NCBI GenBank assembly: GCA_036172245.1
Contig: JAYWIR010000051.1
Coordinates: forward strand, 310,001 to 374,000
Length of the DNA stretch: 64,000 nt
Direction: 5' to 3'
Source: Raillietiella orientalis
Taxonomy: Eukaryota
Shown: positions 22,220-33,900 of the stretch, one piece after another
Layout: each line of letters starts with the position of its first letter
Position numbering within the stretch: position 1 is the stretch's first letter
Program-made: the position numbers and the translations under genes
Notes under the pieces: model-generated
What the model was told of the DNA's origin: nothing
Database searches by the model: none
What the model saw: only the letters and a program-made list of their open reading frames with translations

Positions 22220-24895
22220 CCTCTTCTCAGAATAGATTCAGTTCGCTCTTTGTCCTCGGACTCCCTCACTCTTCGGGACTCAGCGCAAGCAGCGCAGGGG
22301 TCTGACCTTCACGGAAGTTCCCAACTCGTTCCGATCAGCCAGGGTACATCTCATCCCGAAAAGAGACCTTCACAAAGTAGTTAACTGGGTTCCATCACAG
22401 TAGTGAACGCGGAAGCGCCAAGCTGCTCGCCAAACTGTGTGGGCGGAGCGACTGGGACGGGTGGTCAATCCGGAAAAGACGTACGCTGTTCCCGGACGAA
22501 CTATGGAGGCCAACCTGTTCCTCGCCAGCACATAGTGATAGTTGCGGCAGCGCGATGCACTGAGGGTCCAAGAGAATCCCGGATTTCCCTCTGACCATGG
22601 AGGGGAAGGCGAAGAGGAACAGACACCTTGGGAGTCCTCGCGATCGCAGTCGACTTGCACAAAGCTTTCGATTTTTACCCGGATTTCGCCGGGGCATTTA
22701 TTAAAAAATAAACTTTTACAAGGACGTGCAGTGGCTGGACCAATGCTTCAGCCACGCACGAAGAAACACAGAGCCTGCCGGGTCACCGGGTCACAGACCG
22801 GTACGGTCCACCACGGCAGCAGGGGGAAAGGGGAAAAACAAAAAACTAAACAAAAAGAAAACAAAAAGTGAGAGGGTACGGGAAGGGATCACAAAGCTTT
22901 GGATTGCGTCGACTGGGAACTCCTTCTGGAGCTCCTGGAACGCATGGGATTCCCGGCCGTCTTCCTGACCTGCTCCTGCTCGCACTTCGCGCCGATAAGC
23001 ATTTTTTTCAGTGGCTGGCACAACTATGGCGTGCCCGTTCGCCGCGGCATCAATCAAGACAACAGCCTGAGCCCCCGGCTCTTCAGCACCTACTTTGAGT
23101 TGGTGCTGCGAGCATACAGGCAGACTCTGGCAACCCTGCCGAGCTCGTGTCCGGGGCACGCCTGCGGTGTCGGCTTACGTGGACGATCTGCTGCTGCTGC
23201 TTCCCATGGGCCTGGAGGTGAACAGGGCGAAGTCGTCAATAGTCCGAGCTGGTGAGGCGTGGGCCGAACTGGATCCGTGGGCCGATCCCCACGGGCGTCT
23301 ATATCAAGTACCTTGGCGTTCCGTGAGTCGACTTCTACGTTGCAGAAGCACCCTGGTCCGGCCGTTTCTAAAAGGTAGAGATGGCGCTCGGCCCGTTCCA
23401 GAACACAAGTTTTACTTGCAGAAACGGACGCGGTGTGAGACGCGTTCGCGGCTCCTCTCATCCGCCCCCTGCTTTTTGTTTGTCCCGTCCCACCGAACAT
23501 CAAGAAGCGAACCGATGACCTCCTGAGGAAAGCCCTTTGGGGCACGTAGGTCCCGTGTCCGGTTAAAAGACTTGCGCGCTCCACGCATGGACGGTGGACT
23601 GGGTCTCCTTACGCTGAAGCGCATGGAGCGGCAGCTCCAACCCAAGACTGCCCCTGTAGCGAAATTCTGGACAACGCCTTGGTGCCCACCTGCACTCCTC
23701 CTCACCAGAAGAGCGACCGGCTGCGAAGGATTGACCTCGACGCTCGTTTCCGACAACACCAACCTGCGGCAATGTAACCATCAGCTGCGTCGGATGGTTG
23801 TTTTGGTACAGGAGAGCACCTGGGTCTCATGCCTCTCCACGAACTACACTTCCTGGCCTCAGGAGTCGGTTCACAACTGAGGGATGATCCACAGCTCGAG
23901 CGAGGCGGGACACACCTGCCTACGGAGAGGGAGGTACGCTCGACAGCCACTGTGGGAGATCGCAGACTGCCGTGGGCCTCTTGTACCCCCCTTACTCCAG
24001 TGCTGCTCTCCCTGAAAAGCGCTAGGGGCAGCGACCTCCCGGCAAGATGGAAAGGGTCCTGCAGCATTCAAGGCAGGAAAAAACTTTCAAACGCGTGGAC
24101 AACTCGGCAACTAGCAGACGCTACGACTCCGAGTGTCCTGCCAAGAAGACTTCTTTGCTGGAGCGAGCTGCTCACGACACCTCCGGAGGCAATGAAGTGG
24201 CCCCTAGGGTGTTGGGACAGTGGCACCCTCTCTCTCAAGTAGCAGGAGGTGGCGTTGCTGGTGTTGCATCGGGGAGTCCTACGCCTCCTTCATTGGACAC
24301 GGGTGAGTATGGATGCCAATTGAGAAAGTTGAGGAGACAAGGAGACCTTCCCGCACTTATTGGTAGACTGTATCAACCCTCCGAGCCCTTTGGGATCGAC
24401 TGGTCGATCCTAAAAATCCCGGTAGACGACTCCAAGAACATTCTCCGGCGCCTCTTCATGCGTGACGCCCTGTCGCCAGCCGCATCTCCAGCAGTGCTCT
24501 GCTGTGTGCGCGGAACCGTAGCAACCTGGAAGGCCAGAAGAAGGGACCAGGAATGCCATCCATTGGACGGGAATCTTCTCGAAAGCAGCTTCCCGATGGC
24601 CCCAAGTGCAACCAAAAAATGCAGAACTTGTCAGCATCCTGAACAGGATGCAGAGGACGTCTCTCGGCGTACCATGATCCCTTCCCCGCCCTTTCCCTCC
24701 TTTTTTGTTTGTTTTTGTGGTTTTCCCTGTTCTTTCGCCGCTGGGGCGGACCTCTCCGGTCTGTGTGCAGGTTTTTGGCAAATCCTTCGCTCGTGGTAGA
24801 ACAACCATGTGTTCTACCACAGTATTGTAAAAAAATATCGACTTTTATTATTATTATTTTCTATAATAAATGCTCCGGCATATCCAGGTGATAAA
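22220..24895 (+). mobile_element. L1/Tx1-type non-LTR retrotransposon, 5'-truncated and degenerate (RT to 3' end)
   Basis: RT motifs in order: LIPKRDLHKVVNW; TYAVPGRTMEANL; VDLHKAFD/CVDWELLLELLERMGFPAVF; RGINQDNSLSPRLF; AYVDDLLL; GLEVNRAKS; IKYLGV; LRAPRMDGGLGL. Followed by a Cys-containing C-terminus, T-rich 3'UTR, AATAAA and terminal hairpin. Frameshifted. Confidence 0.88.
22674..22889 (-). mobile_element. 3'UTR-only copy of the same LINE family, inserted antisense into the RT with a 16-bp TSD
   Basis: Flanked by cacaaagcttt(c/g)gatt at 22658-22673 and 22890-22905. The insert resembles the LINE 3'UTRs at 20893-21150 and 40470-40692. Confidence 0.8.
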
Positions 24896-27550
24896 CCTTC
24901 ACGGAAGAAGGAAGGAAAGAGAGTCCCTTTCTCCCCCCTCCCCTCCCACGATTCCTTCCTTCGGAGCGACTTCCCATCGGATCGTAGATGGAGGTGTCTG
25001 GTGGGGCAAGCTCTCCTCCTTCCTCCCAGAAGGCAGCGGAGGACCGCCGAGTTGGGGAGGTTCTCTGTGTGCTCCTCGGCTGCCTCGCCGAGAGGCGGTC
25101 GCTCCTTGGCGTGATCCCGACGTCGGTCCATCCACCGCGGAAGCTTCCGTGGGCTCCTCGACGCGCGAACTCCCTTCCTGCGTTGCTCCTGCTCGAGGTG
25201 GGGGCCGCTGTTCCCCGTGAGCTGTGCCTTGCGGTTGCTACGGAGACTTGCACCTCTCACCCCGATCCCGTGTTCTAGGGGTCAGATCCTGCGCGATGAA
25301 TCTTCCGAGCAGGTGTACCGGACAGGAATGCGTGTTCTGCAGGAAGGGGTGACCATGGAAAATACTACAGTCCGCCCTCCCATCCCATCCCGGATCCACG
25401 GAGGGCCGCTAGTGGCCCTTGGAACATGAAGGATTTTCTCTTGGGCAGGTCGTGGGGAAGGTGAAGATGGAGGGGAACGGGCGCGACTCGCTCTCACTTC
25501 ACGCGGGGAAGGTCACAAGGCAACCAAGGTCTTCGGAGGCGCAAGGACCTCTATGACCGAAACGACATCCGAGGAGGGCACGAGTGCAGGAGGGCAGTTC
25601 CCTCCCCTGAGGAGGGGAGGGAGCTGCACTTTCTGCGGAAGATGCCGAACATCCTGCCTGAGAGGTCGATGTCGACGCTGGGATGCCCCTGCGTGTCCCC
25701 CGGCCAGCATCAGGAGCGGGTGACTGCGTGTCTTTCCAGAAAACGCTGCCGCCGATGGCACAGCACGAAGTGTGCAGCGAACACATACAGCGACCACAAT
25801 AAAAGGAAAATACACTCAGTCACAGCACACAATACACTCAGGTGGAGGCCAGAGCGAGCCTCCGAGGAAGTTTCGTGACGTCCGGGACGCATGCGCCCTG
25901 TCGCTTCTCCCGAGAGAACGCCTCTGTCGTCGCTAGTCTCCGCGAGCGAGCGCGCACTGTTTGCTTGGTAACCAGCACGGGTGCGTTCGGCTTCGATCAC
26001 ACAATGATTCGCAGGGGTGCCACGCGCTTAACGACGGACCCACCATCCTACGGTAGCTCCGTTCGCTTTGACCACAAGGCGCGCAGGGGTCTCGAGCTGG
26101 GAGCAAGGAGAGTTTCAGAGTAGACTCCCCCCCCCCCCGTCACCCTACGGAGAGTCACTCGCTCTCAGCCATCGACGCAACCACAGCCGCGTCCGCCATC
26201 TCCCTCAGAGACCCAGGTTTATTCCCCCCCCCCCCTTCCTCTTCCGCCCTCCTCGTTGCGACCATGCGCTCGTGGCGCTCAGCGACGGCAAGCGCACGCA
26301 GGCACGCAGGTGCACTGAGGCGCACCAGCTGCACGTCAAGAAGGTGTGCGTGTGGCTTTGCGTTCTCCCATCGGATGGTGGTGGTGGTGGTGAGTTCGTG
26401 GACCTAGGAGGGAGGAGCACGAGTTCCAAGAGCGCGCCTTTCCATCCTCAAGAGCTTCGCGCTCGGTAGCTGCTGAACGGGACGAGAGAGACCGGCAATG
26501 GGAGAAGAACTCGTCATCCTCACCGCCCGGCGCGGAACTTTGGCCCGTACGCTGATTTCGGAAAGTCATCCCTTCTGAAGAGTGTGCACGGGTATCTGAC
26601 AGCGTTGCAGATCTGCTCAGGGCCCATCACAGCTTCTCTCTCTGTGTGTTTCCTCCCCTCCCCCTTCCCCCTAATGGTATGTGCCTGGTGATCTTTCAAA
26701 ATGTGGGTTACGCAGTTCAAAAGAAAAGATCCCACTTGACAAGATGAATTCGTAAAAACAGCTGGCCGAAGGGGGTGCACTTTTCAGACGATGGACTCGA
26801 GGGGCTTTTCCGTCTCCGGAGAACTTTTTTTTTGCTTTCGTTGTTGTTGTTGTTGTTCATCCACGTTTTGTTTTGTTTGTTTCATGTTCGGCGTTTCCTT
26901 TTGGAAAATTCCGCTTGGACTGTTTTTTAATGGAATGATCGTAACGAAAGGTCTCTCTGGGCTGCAGTCCATCATTCTTTGATCACGTTGTGCTTAAAAA
27001 TAAGATCCATTTTCATAATCTTTTTTAATCCCTTCTAATCCTTGTGATCTCTTAGGTGTTTTTTTTTTTCTTCTCTCTCTCAGGGGATTGGAGGGGTGGA
27101 AGGTGGGGTGCTTTTTGAAAGGAAGCGGGTTCGCGCTTTCCCCTTGCCCCCCTCCCCCTTTGCTTCTCCTCCCGAAAAGATGTTCTTCGGGAAAAGAACA
27201 TTAACGAGAAGCTCTCGGGCGCGCCAGCATTTTCCCCTGCCTTTCCTTCTCCCATGTGCCCCCCCTCCCCTCCTCGATACTAAACAACGCGTAACCATCG
27301 CAACGTTTAGACAGCTGCTTGTTCTTGACGCACCGTCTTTCCTTTCGGACCGTGAAAAGTGCGTGTTCAATTTCGTCTCGCTAAAATCGAAAAAGAGCGC
27401 ATCACCTATTATTTTATTCATTTCCTCCCTCCTCCCCCGATCCGAGAGCTTTTCCTTGAAATTTGTACACACACGAGTACTCCGAGAGCAAATGGCAGTC
27501 CTGCCTCTTGAACAATCATTTATCAACAAAAAAAAAAAAGGGAGGGGCGA

Positions 27551-27553
<3 letters not shown>

Positions 27554-27585
<32 letters not shown>

Positions 27586-27697
27586 CGTACACAGATGCAC
27601 GTGCGCCAGGCACACTCTCACACACGTACACATCTACGCACACACACACTCACACGTACACATGCACAGACGTACACACACGCATGCATGCATACAC
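27554..27697. repeat. (CA)n and imperfect purine-pyrimidine repeat upstream of the CARP ATG
   Basis: CA run followed by CACG/CATG/CGTA variants. Confidence 0.9.
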
Positions 27698-27884
27698 GGT
27701 AGGAGCAGTGGGCGGAGCCACATCATGAGTACTTGGCGTGTTAAGGATACAAGATTCCTTTTCAGAAGGGCACTTAAATGCAACCTTATTTATCCCTTTT
27801 TAAGTGCTGAGAAAGTTCAGGATATCGGTCGGGAAGCGAAGTGGAAATGCCGATGTCCGAGAGTGGAGCCTCGTTACCGGAAAA

Positions 27885-27945
27885 ATGATGGCACCGAACA
27901 GAGTCGGGTGCTCCGTGGCTGCGTGTCTGATCTTCTGGTTTCTTG
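27885..27945 (+). CDS. CA10: CARP coding exon 1 (signal peptide)
   Basis: ATG ATG GCA... encodes hydrophobic MMAPNRVGCSVAACLIFWFL followed by a strong phase-1 donor G|gtaagt. Joins exon 45102 to give ...FLDGCASA|VSW, a plausible signal-peptide cleavage site. Confidence 0.7.
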
Positions 27946-30900
27946 GTAAGTCACGAATTCCCTCTTTCCTGTTTCGAGGTGGACACGTCCCAGGATTCCG
28001 CGGTTTTGGCATGGGAGCTCGGGTCGCGGGGCACGCTGGGAGAGGTCGAGGGGAAGGGTGCTGACAGTGCAGCCGTGTTTTCCCTCGCTTCTTCCTTTCG
28101 CACCTTTCGAACGTTGGGGCGATGAGGTGGAACGCTGGGCAAGCTTTTTGAAACGTCTTGCTTCCTGAAACGGGTCCCGTTGCTAGACGATGGTTTGGTT
28201 CTCGCTAAGGGAAGGATTAGACCGGAAGGGGCATGTCCCTTCTGTCCCGTTCCAAAGGCTTTCGTCCTTCGAAGAGCCACCCAATCCATAGGAAAGGATG
28301 GCACTACTGAAAGGATGCTCCTTCTTCAGAAGGAAGGAAGCACAATCCTGTGATCACTGGGAACAACGGTGGAAACAATCTGGCTCTTTGGTGCTGTCTT
28401 GGAAAGCTTACCTAGGGCTACAAAACTCCAAGGAAAAACTTCGCCCCCCTTGCGGGCATCCCAGTGATCCAGTGACCCGGTGGTCTTCGTTAGCTGTCGA
28501 CATACATTCGGACTGTTCGATTCTTCTGAAGAGGCAGCAGCGGCGTCTAAGCTGGCTGGTCATCAGTGTAAAGAGCTTTGGAGGAAACTCGGATAATTCC
28601 CATTCGAATACCTCCCTCAAGGGAAGTAGGGGTCAAGATTGGGGCCGGATCGTTACATGACAGGACAAAAAAAAAAAATTTGCTCTCGCTCTCGTAACGA
28701 ACGGATCATCTTACGGTCGCGCCAAATCCCATCAACCCAAGACCTCATCACGGAAGCTTCATTGCCAACATTTCTGTATAAAAATGCTCATCCGCCGAAT
28801 TCGCTGGTTCAACAGCAGTCCGTACGCGTGTTTGTCGTCTCCGTCTTGCCCCATAATTCAGGCTCGCTGTAACCGAGGCAACCGAGACTTGGATGCGAAT
28901 TTGGAGGAGCTGTCGAGGAGAGATCACTGCTGCCAGATGATTTATGGTCCTGAGAAGAAGAAAGTCTGTAAGAAATTCTTCGCCACGATCACTCTCTCCG
29001 CATTCTCATTGAGCCCCCTTGGTGCGGGCTGCATGGAGATTTTCCATTTCTGTGAGCGGCTGTAGAGACCATGGTCCATTCGAAGCTCTCGCTTCAGCTG
29101 CACTTCGAGACTCGCAAACCTCATCCTGCAGGACCTCCAGGACCTCCATTGAGTTTCGACCCTGTTCTTGAGTTTCCATGGTGAAAGTATAACACGGTGT
29201 GTGGCGTCGTGCGTGTAACGTTCTCCTGGTGAATTGTACACGAAGCAAATTCAGATAGACGTCCCGGCTCCCGAGGCTGGTGGTAGAAAGACCGGGAAGG
29301 AGCCAGCAAAGATTAGGAAAACATTAGGAAAAAAAGGCAAAAAAAAAAAAAAAAAGGCGGAAGGAGAAGGAGAGTGTTCCACGTTCAAAACCTCCAAAGT
29401 TTTGGAGGAGGTGCACCCGGACGTGCATACCTCGAACAGGACCATGTCCATCTTCGAGGGACAGCTTCGTAAAAGACATCGTTGCAGCAGCGTCCCTCCT
29501 GTCGCACAACATCAAGCGCACCACCAGCCGAGAGGTATGGACGACAGCGGTGAGTCGGCTGCTGCCCAGGCAACTGGCCAAGCAGGCCGTTCCGGCAGTC
29601 ACGAAAGAGGTGACCAAGTGTACGACCCCGAAGTGAGCACCGTTCAGCTGCTATTGGCCCATCACCTCTCTCGACTAAACATTCGGTGCTTCTGCCGGAA
29701 GTGGACCCCGAAACCCGTTCTTCGACACGGGAACGGATACATCCTTTTGTAGAAATGATCAGAGTGCTGAAGCTGGAGCACTGGCTGTTCTCTCCTTTAC
29801 CATTTCCGACTGACAGCAGCGGAAAACCATTTTTTCCACCGGAGAGGAAGACCATTCTGGGATGAGGGGTGGAGGACTTGCTATTTGAGTGAAGTCCTTC
29901 TTCGTGTCAGCTCACTATTTTCCTCAGGATACGAGAGAGAAAAGTCCTTCTCTCTTTCCCAGGTGGAGAATGCAGTGTTTTGACACTTTTAAGGGAGCAT
30001 CACGGTATTATAGTCTGTGTGTCTATGTTGCGGGTGAGAAAGAAAAGATGACCTCTGGGGTCAAGCACCTCCATGTTGCCAGCGGAGGTAGCACGCACAT
30101 GCATTACGAAAGCTTCCTCCCACAGAGATTTCGAATGGGAAGCTCCTCCACAAAGACAGAAATAGAAGGAACGTCTGCCTTTCTCCTGTTCTGCCGCTCT
30201 CCACTTTAGCGACAGGGTGGGCGAATTCCTCCCACTCGCAGGTCAGGGATTCGCTGCTTCCGTGAAGACGTCTTGAAGACAATAGTTTGACGGAAGGTTA
30301 TGTTGCGGAAGAAACGGGCGCTACTGGATCTTCGGGGAAGCACTTTTTCAAGCGGTTCTCCCCCCCCCACACACACACAGAGCAATCCACGAACCGTCCC
30401 TGATGCTATTCCCTTGGATGCTGCTGTGGTGCTGCTGCTGAATATTTGTGCATTGCTCTCGAGTCCCTTGGACGTCTGCACGTCTTGTTTTCCCAGTCAG
30501 AAGGTGTTGACCATCTGACTGAGAAAACAAGCCGGTGGTGGTGAACCTGGCGCGCGCGACGTTTCTAAAACCGGAACTGCAGGAGCGAAGTGGAGGACAG
30601 GGGTCATCGCGAGGACTTCTTCGCACAGAGGAAGAGGTTCCTGGTCCTCCACAGGGGGCAGACCGATCCGTCAGTTTTCCGTCTTCCGAAAAGGAAACTC
30701 CGCAGCTGTTCCGACACGGCCACTGTGCACGTGCCAGCGGTTGCGGAGTCCCGTGCGCGCATGCTTGCGGCGTCCGAGCGAACCTCCGCGAGAGCGCGCA
30801 GCGGCTGCCGACTCCCGAAAACACGAAATCCAGGCACTACGTGCACGTTGAGCGTCGTTCCCAACGCTTTCTTAACTTTGAAATTCATCAAAACTTCTCA

Positions 30901-33900
30901 GGTCGCACGAGGACAAATTTCATTGCATCCCTGGCTACGTTTGTCCAGTTGATTGCTCGGAACGCGCGTTTGCTTTTGCTATTAGAAACTGTGCACATGG
31001 CGCCGAAGTTAGGCGCGGAGGAAGCGCAGAGACCAAGACTGGTCGTTACGTTCGTCGCTGTCGCGACGAGCTGCCTTCCTTGCTCGTGGAGATGGCAGCT
31101 TCCCTTAGAATGGCATTCCGTGAAACCTATTGACGTAGGGAAATTTCGTTACTCTTGGATACGCTTAGAAACGTGCGGAGCTCCGTGATTCCACGAATGC
31201 TGCTTTGGGGACATATCGTCATTATAATTCAGAAACTCCCGTGGCTGCCAAGCAAATCGACCAAAATGCGGAAAAGCGGCGTTTCTTCATCGGGCTGTGA
31301 GTGGGGCCCTGCCCTTACTGAGTTGTGCATGGTTTACAATTTGTCTGCGCCTCTTGACCTTGCGTCGGCTGAAGGGCATCGAAAATTTTCCACGCACGCG
31401 ATGTCTTGTGAATTCTTGCTTCGGGTGCTTTGGATGTTGAGGCGGGTGGCTGCCGGCAAGCGCCGACCGTCGGGAGGAACGGCACTTCTGGAACGTTGAA
31501 TCGAACGTTGTTCGCCTTCTCCATCCACCCGTGGAAACAACACGGGAGACCTTGAGGATGTGGAAACAAACGCAACTTCAACCGTGTTGTTTACAAGGAT
31601 CCGCTTCCCAGCAACAGAAACTGATGAAATCAATTTCTTCCCAGCCACATTCCATGCCTTTTTTTCTTGAAGAAAAAAAATTCCGACGATACCACTTTTG
31701 ACAATTAAATTTTATGCTTCAACTTTTCTTTCTCCAAGAGTGATGTGGAAAAACATGAAACATTTCGTGGTTTTGCATTTCAATGAAGAGAAACACCACG
31801 AGAAAGCTTGGAGTCTGTGCAGAGCACGACTTTCTTATTCAGAAAGTCCTCGAAAAATATCGGAATATGCTGATTTCTCCAGAGGTATTCTTCTCATGGT
31901 CTTGTCTCTCCCAAATGATAATGACGTCTAATCGGTAACGAAACAACGAGTGTCCGTGAAACCATGGCAACTTGCATGATTTCTGCGTCGGCTTTTCTCC
32001 ATGCAACCACGTCGGCCTCTCTTAGCACAAGGAAAGGAAGCTGAGAAGTATTGCTGCACTGCTTTTTTTTTTTTCAAAACACAATCTGTCTAATGGTACT
32101 TGATATCCAGAACCAGTACCCTTCCTCTGACTTTTCCGGGTTTTCTCACGCGTTTTCACAGCAACGAGCCCAAATGCTAAATGAGAGCTCGGAGTGGGAA
32201 ATATCATCGCGGCTTGCAAGGCACATGACGTGCTAAGACTGTAGGAGCGGACTTTTGGCAAGCGTTCTCAGAAAAAGCGATGTGAGCATCGCAAGATGGG
32301 AAGGAAGCATCGAGCGTGGGTTACTGTGGGGACTCGAGAAGTCGCCATCAGGATCAAAAGCAGAAACTCTCTGATGGCCATCGGAAAAGATTGCGCTTTT
32401 CCCGAGCATGACCAGTGAACGGACGGAAGAGAGTTTTCCCGAATTGCAATACGTGCCGCCATCAGAGAATTAGGGTGGTCAATGGTCATTTCCTGATCCT
32501 TCACTCTTCACTCTTTCAATGATACACCCAAGAGGCAGATGCGATTCGCTTCCTCACACACACGTTATCGGGGCGCTGCTGTCCACAGGGCAACATGCCA
32601 CAGAGCTGAGGGTGAAGAACCTTTCTACAAGTAGAGAATTCTAGAGAAGCGGTTTGCTTGAGAAAGCGAATCCTGATGGCTCACAAACTGCTTGTGAGCC
32701 AGGTGCACGGGCCGGGGTATAATCACCGCATGCTTCGCCCCTGAGAAACTGGGGCTTGGGACCCTGCGTTGTGACAGTCGCGTGATGGGCGGCGAATGGG
32801 TCCCCCACGGAAAAGCAAGTCCCGTACAAGACACGGGTAGAAAGTCATCGCAAATGTGCGATAGCATACTTGCAATGCATGTGCACTTAGCTCCTCATGT
32901 GCCACTTGACATTTCCACCTCTTTGAGCAGCTTCTCCGAGAGGTGAGTGGCCCCATGCTTCGCCCTCGATGGCAGTGGCCTGCAGCCCTACAAACAGGCC
33001 ATTCGTCATGCTCTATCCCTCTCCTTGCGCCCAGAGTCCGTTGATCCACCGTTGGACTCCCGGAAATGAGAAACACTTCCAGATTCTGCTTCCCATATGT
33101 CGCTCCCATTTAGATAAAGGCTCTTGAGGAACTCTCTCTGGCGCTCGGCAGGTTCTCTGATAAGCAGCCAAGCATCTGATTCCATTCCTCTAGAAGATGC
33201 TGTTGTCCCTGCACATGTCGAGTCGCTCACGCTCGTCAGCTCCAACGAGTGGCAGGTTGAACGACAGAGAAGGAGCATTCTGCGTCACTGTATTCTTCGT
33301 TCTTCCTCTTCCTGTCCTGCTCCATGCTCGCTTCATGTCCTGGACGGACCCTGCGTGCTGCAGCTATCGCAGGTTGCTATGAAGCCATCCACCGGAACTG
33401 TCTTGAGAATATGCTGCCGCTACCATCTGGTATGAGCTTGTGTGGAAGCAAAATGGGGCGAGTGAGAGGGACTGTGCTCACCTTCCGCCCATCGCAAAAA
33501 GCCGAGCCCCATCCAACGAGGAGGGAGGGTGCAAGCGTGAACCCCCCTCGAACAGAATGTACATAGGGAGACCCGTGCTCGTTTCGGGAACCATTTCTCC
33601 GGAAGCAAGGCAATCCACGCGGGGTGGATGTTCCGACAATCCTTCTCCCTCCTCCTTCAAGCTCGAAAAACCCGCTGCTCAGCAACCACTTCGAGTGGCT
33701 GCCTACTGCCACCCTTGTTGATCACAAAAGAAGTATTCAAAGAGGGACTGCAGAAAAGGGAGCACAGCCTCAAAGGAAGGAAACTCTTGTTCCAAAGACA
33801 TTTCCGGAAAGGACGAATCTAATGAACGCTTCGGTGAAACAAAAAGGAAGAGAAATGCTCCAGGAAGATGCATCCAGTTCATTAAAAATTCAGCTCGAAG

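Noticed and set aside
29707..29733. Hairpin after the H2B pseudogene as a histone 3' stem-loop
   Set aside because: Does not fit the 6-bp stem/4-nt loop consensus; better read as the start of the next H3-like unit (KPVLRHG vs KPHRYRPG).
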